A stretch of 64,000 nucleotides of DNA from positions 32,001 through 96,000 of IMG/VR virus record IMGVR_UViG_3300046786_000331; one strand, 5' to 3'. Of this stretch, positions 57,173-64,000 are shown piece after piece. How positions within the stretch are numbered: the stretch's first letter is position 1; each line of letters opens with the position of its first letter. The notes under the pieces were generated by a model, which saw nothing but the letters and a program-made list of their open reading frames with translations, searched no databases and had not been told where the DNA came from. A program made the position numbers and the translations under genes. This DNA is from a virus.

Positions 57173-57986
57173 GTCTATCTTGGTAAATTTTTTCTCTGCT
57201 TTCTTTAGTTGCAATCAATGGGAGCATAATCAACGACATATCAAATTCTTTCGAATTTCCACTTACTGTTGTTCCGAAATCATATGACGATGCCCTAGCA
57301 TGATGATTATTGTGCCAACCTTGCCCCCAAGTGATCCATGCTAAGAATGGAACGTTGCGACTGTTATCCTTGGTATCAAAGTTTCTGTAACCGTATCCGT
57401 TAGTATGGCAGAATACATTGATGTTACTTTCCATATAAAGACTCACCGCCGCCGGCAACATGAATCCAAATAGCAGCACTTGCCAACCGAATAAAATTAA
57501 TACAGTGATATAGGTTACAAGAATAATCTTAATATAGTTTTTAGCAAACCACATTTGCATAGGATCTCTAATTAAGTCAATTGCATACTTGGGATTGAAG
57601 TATTGATCCCAATCGTGTAACCACATGTGCCAAGCATAGAGCCAACCTTTCGTTGGGCTGTGTGCATCTTTGTCAGTATCGCTATATCTATGATGACTGC
57701 CTCTGTGTATAGCGGCCCAACCCAACGGACTGCCTTGTAGACTTAAACAACCTAGCCATAGCAGAATTGGTTTTAGACCCGGGCGAGCTTCGAACGCTTT
57801 ATGGCTCACGTATCTATGTAGAGTAATAGCAACTCCAACACCTTCGATTAAAATCCACCCTAGTGCAAAATATAAAACATTCGCCCATTCAAATCCAAAA
57901 AACAAATGGAAGAAAATTAGTCCTAGCCAAGCTAGGGCATGGACTGGGTACAAAACGTAGTTAAGGAAGGTGTTTATCTTGTTCAT
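57150..57986 (-). CDS. membrane fatty acid (delta-9-type) desaturase
   Basis: His boxes HRYVSH, HRGSHH, HNNHH. Confidence 0.92.
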   Translation of the reverse strand: MNKINTFLNYVLYPVHALAWLGLIFFHLFFGFEWANVLYFALGWILIEGVGVAITLHRYVSHKAFEARPGLKPILLWLGCLSLQGSPLGWAAIHRGSHHRYSDTDKDAHSPTKGWLYAWHMWLHDWDQYFNPKYAIDLIRDPMQMWFAKNYIKIILVTYITVLILFGWQVLLFGFMLPAAVSLYMESNINVFCHTNGYGYRNFDTKDNSRNVPFLAWITWGQGWHNNHHARASSYDFGTTVSGNSKEFDMSLIMLPLIATKESREKIYQDRHDKLHAQ

Positions 57987-58040
57987 AGTGTATTTAACGC
58001 CTCAGAGTGCGGCTAAGAGAGTTTTGTGAGTAGTAAATAC

Positions 58041-58616
58041 ATGATGTTAGTTACTGATCTTTCCAAAGACGATACACATATAAATCTGTGGTATGAATAT
58101 CAATCACAGATAATGGAATCAGACGACCCGTTAATTGAAAATTATCTATACCTAAATCCAAAATCTTTTGCTTGTTTTCCAACAGTAATCGAAGAGGATA
58201 GGATTGTTTGTTTTAGTGCTTTGCAAATTAACAAATGGGGTAATGGTATTGCTCGATGCAGCACTAGAATGTGGGTTCACCCGGATCACAGATTACCAGG
58301 AATGTCAAAATTTTCAGGTGGGGATCGATTTTTAAATACAACGCATTGCTTGCCTATACAATTTGAAGAAGCTAAAAGACTAGGAATAGAATGTTTGTTT
58401 ATTAGCAGAGAAAAGAATAAAGTAGGATTTCAAGAATACATCAATCTAATAAAAATAAATTGCGGATATAGCTTTGTACTAGAAGAACAAAAATATAACG
58501 TATGCGGATCGGAAGAGCCTGTGCCCGAATCATGCAAACAATTCGTAGCCATTTGTCCATTAACAGAGAATGGACACAATGTTTGGAAAGAAAATATGGA
58601 TAAATTTAAATTATGA
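58041..58616 (+). CDS. GNAT-like hypothetical protein
   Basis: RMWVHPDHR. Confidence 0.55.
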   Translation: MMLVTDLSKDDTHINLWYEYQSQIMESDDPLIENYLYLNPKSFACFPTVIEEDRIVCFSALQINKWGNGIARCSTRMWVHPDHRLPGMSKFSGGDRFLNTTHCLPIQFEEAKRLGIECLFISREKNKVGFQEYINLIKINCGYSFVLEEQKYNVCGSEEPVPESCKQFVAICPLTENGHNVWKENMDKFKL

Positions 58617-59194
58617 ACACTGAACTTTACTCTAAATATGCCTGGACCCCCGAGTTCCAAAAGCTCAGCGAATGGGGTACACATCTAATAGATGAGGAAA
58701 GAGCCCTGGGTATAGCTCAATTTACAAAAGAAGGACATAATATTGTAAATCGAGTCCTTGATAGAGATTTGCCTAAATGGGTAGTTGATCTGTTTAATGT
58801 TCCTATTAGTCATGTGCAGTTATTTTCTGCACAACCGCATGCTATAGGATCAGTACACAAAGACGGATCAGATAGATTGTGTGCATTTAACATTCCTGTT
58901 AAAAATGCGGATCAAGGAATAATGGAATGGTTAGATGGACCAGTAGAAGGGCGCCTATTAGAGCTTGCCCACACGTCTATTAGATTGCTAAAAGATCGAA
59001 ATGATCGATTAAAAATGGATACTTCTGCCCAAATTCTTCTAGATTTTCCAACATTGATTAATACAAATGAATGGCACAGAGTTGATAATTCTGCAAATAG
59101 TCGCTGGAGACATGTTCTAAGTATTAGATTTTTAAATAATCCCGGCTATCAAGAAGTCAAAGATTCACTATCTGGCTTTTTAAAAAGTGCATAG
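58613..59194 (+). CDS. cupin/oxygenase-like protein
   Basis: VHKD...AFNIP...WHRVDN...RHVLSIRF. Confidence 0.75.
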   Translation: MNTELYSKYAWTPEFQKLSEWGTHLIDEERALGIAQFTKEGHNIVNRVLDRDLPKWVVDLFNVPISHVQLFSAQPHAIGSVHKDGSDRLCAFNIPVKNADQGIMEWLDGPVEGRLLELAHTSIRLLKDRNDRLKMDTSAQILLDFPTLINTNEWHRVDNSANSRWRHVLSIRFLNNPGYQEVKDSLSGFLKSA

Positions 59195-59262
59195 TTAATG
59201 ATTCTGAAATTAATTCTATTTTGAATAAATATTAGAACTAACATAAACCCTGGAGTTTTATT

Positions 59263-60219
59263 ATGCCCTTACAGATTCGCAGAGGCAACACCGCTGAAAT
59301 CAACGCTATCACGCCACTAGTAGGCGAGATTATTTACAATACACAAACCGGAAGCCTCCACGTTGGTAACGGTACAGATCCTGGTGGAGTAATTGCCACA
59401 GCATACAGCAATGACATGGCCAAAGATGCTGCTGCTGAATCTATCGCAGACGGCACACATTCCAATATTTCCTTTACATACAATCCTACAACTAAAGCAT
59501 TAAGTGCAGCGTTGGATGCAAAGATTTCAACAGATTTAAAAGGATCTGTTTATGATGCTACAGATACATTATTGCTAGATGCTACCACAAATACATACTA
59601 CGGAAATGTTGATTCTGTTACCGGTTTGAGTTATTTTAGTGCTGTTAATATTCGTAGCAATGTTTATAGTTCTGTATCTAGTGCATTTTCAGTAACACAG
59701 TCTCATAACATTGCTGATGCCAGAAACGTTTCTTTTTTAAGATCTAGAGGTACTTACAGTTTCCCAACTGATGTACAAACAGGCGACGATCTAGCAGAGT
59801 TTGCATGCCTAGGTTATGCAGGTGGACAATATGTAGTGGGCGGTCAGATTACAGTAAAGGCAGACGACACTGCTATTTCTAGTACATCACTAAGAACCAA
59901 GTTCCAATTCTTTGCTAACGGTGGCGCTGGAGTTCTAAGAGAACAAATTTCTATCGAAGCAAACGGTTTGTTAAAAGCTAACTATGGTATTACAAACAAT
60001 ACACTAACATTAGATGGTAATAAGATTTCAACTATTGTATCTAATGCAGATATCGAATTAGATCCTAGTGGTACAGGTACTGTAGATTTTATGGTTGCTG
60101 AACAAACAACTGTTGGCTCAGCAGGTGGTGCAACTGCATTACCAGCAACTCCTACAAAATACTTTAAGATTAAAGTTAATGGTGTTGCATATGTTGTTCC
60201 AGCATACGCAGTTTCTTAA
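59263..60219 (+). CDS. tail-fibre-like virion protein (Mtd-like N-terminus)
   Basis: MPLQIRRG...GEIIYNT...VGNG; T/S/G/A rich; late promoter plus SD. Confidence 0.7.
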   Translation: MPLQIRRGNTAEINAITPLVGEIIYNTQTGSLHVGNGTDPGGVIATAYSNDMAKDAAAESIADGTHSNISFTYNPTTKALSAALDAKISTDLKGSVYDATDTLLLDATTNTYYGNVDSVTGLSYFSAVNIRSNVYSSVSSAFSVTQSHNIADARNVSFLRSRGTYSFPTDVQTGDDLAEFACLGYAGGQYVVGGQITVKADDTAISSTSLRTKFQFFANGGAGVLREQISIEANGLLKANYGITNNTLTLDGNKISTIVSNADIELDPSGTGTVDFMVAEQTTVGSAGGATALPATPTKYFKIKVNGVAYVVPAYAVS

Positions 60220-60231
60220 TTTAATTGATAA

Positions 60232-60263
60232 TAAAATAGGACCTTCGGGTCCTATTTTTTTGA
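60232..60263. terminator. bidirectional terminator (copy 2)
   Basis: identical 32-mer to 52236-52267. Confidence 0.9.
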
Positions 60264-60749
60264 ATATTCTTTATACCAATTTACTACATCGTGATAGTTT
60301 GTGCCCTTGGGCATGATAAGTGTAAACAGTATTCGATCTCTATCGTCTAAATTTATTACAGTATGTCTTTCTTGAGAATTAAAAATATACCATGTTTCTG
60401 GTTTATATTTTAATTCTACGATAGGTTCAACGTACATATTATCTCGTTCTGGATGAGTAAACAATGAATGAGAATTGTATTCTTCTAATACCATGTTTAA
60501 GGAACATCCAATGTTTGCATCTTTGTGCCAGTGATATACCTGCTTAGATGGAAACTTATACAGTTTAAGTCTACCATTGAACTTGGTAGCAATATCTTTT
60601 ATAAATGGATCTGAATGTATAGTTTCATAAAAGTTTGAAGCAACAGTCATATAAGGAATCCATTGCCACTCTGCCGTAGGGATATACTTTTTAACCGCTT
60701 CTATATTTTGATAGGGCTTGTCCAATTCATAAAAGTAATTACTATTCAT
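60252..60749 (-). CDS. cupin/oxygenase-like protein
   Basis: WHKD...SLN...HTVIN...RILFT. Confidence 0.75.
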   Translation of the reverse strand: MNSNYFYELDKPYQNIEAVKKYIPTAEWQWIPYMTVASNFYETIHSDPFIKDIATKFNGRLKLYKFPSKQVYHWHKDANIGCSLNMVLEEYNSHSLFTHPERDNMYVEPIVELKYKPETWYIFNSQERHTVINLDDRDRILFTLIMPKGTNYHDVVNWYKEYSKK

Positions 60750-61191
60750 CTAAACGTCTTTCCATAATTACCATCACACCTTTGTAGCCAACAGACTTAC
60801 CAATCTGAAACATTTTTTGATTGTTCAAATTGAACCAGGTTACAACTTTATTGCGACCCAACTCTTTTGTTAAGGCAGATACATTATTGTGCAATTCTTT
60901 ATAGATGCCTTGTTGACGATATGCAGGATCTACATAAGCAAGTACTACCCAAACTCCGCCACTTTCCTTAGATCTTTCTAAATCGTAAAACAATGCTCCG
61001 GCAATGTTATCATTTACTCTTGCCCAAATAACTCCATGTACATCTGGCAAAGAGTTTTTAATATCTCTACCATGCTTACCTGAATTAAGTTCTTGCAACT
61101 TTTCTAAAAAATATTCATTATGTTCGTTACATGATTCGTGAGTTAAAATAACTTCAAATCCCTTTGATGTAATAAATGACGATTGTTCCAT
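60742..61191 (-). CDS. GNAT acetyltransferase
   Basis: YVDPAYRQQGIY, N..M...GY. Confidence 0.85.
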   Translation of the reverse strand: MEQSSFITSKGFEVILTHESCNEHNEYFLEKLQELNSGKHGRDIKNSLPDVHGVIWARVNDNIAGALFYDLERSKESGGVWVVLAYVDPAYRQQGIYKELHNNVSALTKELGRNKVVTWFNLNNQKMFQIGKSVGYKGVMVIMERRLDE

Positions 61192-61235
61192 AGCCTGATA
61201 TTTATTGTGTAAAATAACAGACAATAAATATTGCT

Positions 61236-62129
61236 ATGAATCACACAGACTTGTTTGGATGTAAGTATCCTATAATATCGGCACCTATGAATAAAGTGTC
61301 GGATTTAAAATTAGCAATAGCTTGCCACAACGCAGGTGTGTTCCCTAGTCTATCCTTGTATACTTTTTATGTTATCGATACACTGAGGTTAGATTTATTT
61401 GACACAGCATTAAAAGAGTTTAAATCTCAAACAGGATCCAATAAAATCTTAGTAAGTTTGCTAACATCTGATCTACTCGATAAACAAATTCAAAATATAC
61501 TAATCGAAAATCAAGTAAGTCATTTAGAAGTTATCGATGATAAAACTGTTGTTGACAGCGATGTTTGGAATACAGTAGTTAACGAAACAAAGTTTTTGCA
61601 GAGTAAAAATATTAAGATATTTCTCAAAGCATTAACATCTAGAAACACTTCTCTTGAAGTTGACGGAATAATTTTGAAAGGTAGTAAGGGTGCAGGACGT
61701 GGAGCAGAGTATGTTGACATTGACGAAGAACTAATCCATATCAAGAAAAAGTTTCCTAACATGCCCGTGGTAATGTCTGGTGGGATTACTTGTTCTGCAG
61801 ATATACAAAAGTATTTAGATTTAGGTTGTAGTGCAGTTGCTATAGGAACATTGTTTGCTGCGGCTGAAGAAAGTCCTATCAGTGTCGAAAGCAAACAAAA
61901 GATGATAGATTCAACGTATTCGGATGTAGTAAGATTTGGAAAGGTAAATCAAAATGCTTTAGTTTTTAGACCTTTACCGAATGACGATTATAATAATACA
62001 GTATCATTATTGCACGGGATTAGAAACCCCAAGCAGGGTATTATTTTTGCAGGCAAAGGAATTAATAATATTGAGAAGATACTGCCAATGAAAGATATTG
62101 TAAATGAATTAGTAAAGGATTTGAAATAA
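61236..62129 (+). CDS. nitronate monooxygenase-like FMN TIM-barrel protein
   Basis: YPIISAPM, GAGR, VVMSGGI, IGTLFAAAEES. Confidence 0.85.
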   Translation: MNHTDLFGCKYPIISAPMNKVSDLKLAIACHNAGVFPSLSLYTFYVIDTLRLDLFDTALKEFKSQTGSNKILVSLLTSDLLDKQIQNILIENQVSHLEVIDDKTVVDSDVWNTVVNETKFLQSKNIKIFLKALTSRNTSLEVDGIILKGSKGAGRGAEYVDIDEELIHIKKKFPNMPVVMSGGITCSADIQKYLDLGCSAVAIGTLFAAAEESPISVESKQKMIDSTYSDVVRFGKVNQNALVFRPLPNDDYNNTVSLLHGIRNPKQGIIFAGKGINNIEKILPMKDIVNELVKDLK

Positions 62130-62130
62130 G

Positions 62131-62952
62131 ATGTTTATAGGACATATAAATGATATTCGAGAAAACGAGTATCTGCCATTAAAGCAATTTAATAATAAAA
62201 AAGTTATTTCTAACTCAGATAGCCTACAGCTTATCTCAAATGTGTGCCCACATCAAAAAAGTTTATTAAGCGTAGAGAAAGGATCCGGCGCCAGAGTATG
62301 TCCGTACCACGGATGGAGTTTTGACATAAAGGGAAAGCCGTTAGGTTCAGGATTAACCGCCTGTAAGAATACTAAGGGACTTGAAACACAACCTGTATAT
62401 CAGTGGAACAATTTATTGTTTACAAAGCCTGTGGCGGCTCCTGCTGCGGATTTTATTGATACAAAGAACATGAAACTAGTTGAGACTAGAGTAGATCATG
62501 TTAAGGCATCTGCAAATAATATCATGGATCTATTCTTGGATGTGGATCATATTGAATTAGTTCATGCTGGAGTCTATGACGAACTAGGTATGCCCGATAT
62601 CAGAGAAGTCGATTGGCACTATTATGAGTGGGGCAGTCTGCAACTAGTACCTGGGCCTGACGGTTACGGTGCTGCATGGTTGGCAGTGTATCCTAATACT
62701 ATGATAGAGTGGCAACAAGGAGCAATGTTCATTACTGTTGCTAATGATCTAGGAAACGGTTCTAGCGATGTTGTTGTTTACAAATACAGAGACGTTGCTT
62801 ATACTTCAGAACTATGGGAAACGAATAGTAGAATATGGGAAACCGCTTGGCACCAGGATAAGTCCCAAGCGGAATTGTTAACAGAGTTTAATCAGGATAA
62901 TTTAGAACCTGCCAAACAACATTTTAGAAATTACTTATTTGGTTCTGTATAA
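62131..62952 (+). CDS. Rieske oxygenase alpha-subunit-like
   Basis: CPH...CPYHGW, DVDHIELVH. Confidence 0.88.
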   Translation: MFIGHINDIRENEYLPLKQFNNKKVISNSDSLQLISNVCPHQKSLLSVEKGSGARVCPYHGWSFDIKGKPLGSGLTACKNTKGLETQPVYQWNNLLFTKPVAAPAADFIDTKNMKLVETRVDHVKASANNIMDLFLDVDHIELVHAGVYDELGMPDIREVDWHYYEWGSLQLVPGPDGYGAAWLAVYPNTMIEWQQGAMFITVANDLGNGSSDVVVYKYRDVAYTSELWETNSRIWETAWHQDKSQAELLTEFNQDNLEPAKQHFRNYLFGSV

Positions 62953-63845
62953 GGAATGTTTTCGTAAAATCTACGAGTTTCACCTGTACCGGATTTTAGA
63001 AACTTAATAAAATCTCTAAACGGTGTACGCATTGCGTGTTTCTCATAAAGCAATGGAGCTTTCAAAAACGGGACTTTTTCAAATCCTGCATACTTAGGAA
63101 AGTAAATCAACTCGTCCTTCCAATATTTTCCGTAGATCAAAGGCTTGATATAATAGTCCCATCGGTCAACAGTTCTTAAATTAACACCTTCCTTGGCTAA
63201 TCCGTTAAAGGCAAAGTATGACCAAGAGTACATACAAGCATGAAGAATTTCTTCGTCTAAAATACTTGCTAGGAACTCACTAGTGTCTCCGTAAAAATGA
63301 AACTTTCCTTTTCTAGGAAGAGATTCAAAGGCACGTTGTCTTGCAATTTCCGGAGTGTTGTATCCCATAAACCAGAAGCTTGCACGTTCTTGCATTGAGA
63401 TAATAACATAGGGATCATGTGTAATAGAAATAAAATCGTAATCGTCTGGCAGTAGGCTTAGGAATTTTTTCTGTAGGATAGAATTAACTTGTATGCCAGT
63501 TGCTTCAGCTTCGGCTTCCATTTCTTCTTTATAGTCGTAAGGATCAAAATCAATAATGTGTGTTTTGATTCCGTACTTCTTATCAACAATTTTTAAATTG
63601 TTGTATTCGTTATCGTTATACCCAGGCAAATACAAAAATGCTGTTTCGACAGGAATGTCTTGTGTTACAAAACTATGCAATACACTTTGGCTGTCAATGC
63701 CCGAACTCAAACTAATCATTAGTTTTGAATTTGATTGTGCAATGTCGAGTGCTCGCTTGTCCGATTCTTGGCGCATATTTCCTACAGGGCGAGTGCAGGC
63801 AGTGTAATCAATATACCATTTGCCATCTTCGAAACCGTGATTCAT
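62931..63845 (-). CDS. PP-loop protein, paralogue-like to 56252-57172
   Basis: SLSSGIDSQ; K.AGFE near C-terminus. Confidence 0.65.
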   Translation of the reverse strand: MNHGFEDGKWYIDYTACTRPVGNMRQESDKRALDIAQSNSKLMISLSSGIDSQSVLHSFVTQDIPVETAFLYLPGYNDNEYNNLKIVDKKYGIKTHIIDFDPYDYKEEMEAEAEATGIQVNSILQKKFLSLLPDDYDFISITHDPYVIISMQERASFWFMGYNTPEIARQRAFESLPRKGKFHFYGDTSEFLASILDEEILHACMYSWSYFAFNGLAKEGVNLRTVDRWDYYIKPLIYGKYWKDELIYFPKYAGFEKVPFLKAPLLYEKHAMRTPFRDFIKFLKSGTGETRRFYENIPYTEPNK

Positions 63846-63906
63846 AAACTGTCCTTATAATTAATACCACGTATTTAATGCCTATAAATACGATACGGAA
63901 ATAATT

Positions 63907-64000
63907 ATGCTAGATAAAAAATTAGGTTACTACATCTGCAACGGGCAACACTTTGATTCCAAAATCAAAGCATTTATGTATTCACTAGAAGTAAAACAAC
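63907..64000 (+). CDS. partial ORF, runs off the window
   Basis: TATAAATA, GGA, MLDKKLGYY... Confidence 0.6.
   Translation, partial: MLDKKLGYYICNGQHFDSKIKAFMYSLEVKQ

Overview
A 64-kb, AT-rich, gene-dense segment of a large lytic dsDNA phage. It looks T4-superfamily-like (recurrent TAAATA late-promoter motif alongside consensus sigma70 promoters), and its DnaK looks proteobacterial (host is inference only). From left to right: (1) host-like accessory genes (bS21, DEDD nuclease, MazG-like, DnaK, sHSP, ClpS, heme oxygenase plus PcyX/PcyA-like bilin reductase); (2) a curli-like CsgF-CsgG-curlin-FecR-curlin-CHASE2 cyclase operon, an unexplained ~400-nt structured non-coding stretch, and a convergent operon with the same leader motif; (3) an array of ~16 small paralogues sharing a C-terminal motif, then an alpha/beta hydrolase and ClpP; (4) a ~14-kb RNA-rich region with 36 hand-identified tRNAs covering all 20 amino acids, a probable GOLLD RNA with an embedded tRNA-like element, a family of nine long-stem RNA elements, rpoZ and oxygenase/radical-SAM genes; (5) translation and RNA-repair genes (Pth2, an RF1-like factor interrupted by in-frame UGA, IF1, L7/L12-like, kinase, phosphoesterase, HD hydrolase, Rnl1-like ligase); (6) a cluster of oxygenases, desaturase, GNATs and PP-loop enzymes around a tail-fibre-like gene. 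The best novelty candidate is a classical-looking attenuator at the head of the tRNA region: its 50-codon leader peptide contains all 20 amino acids and 38 different codons, so it may be a general aminoacyl-tRNA-shortage sensor. All calls come from reading the sequence by eye; no searches or folding programs were run.
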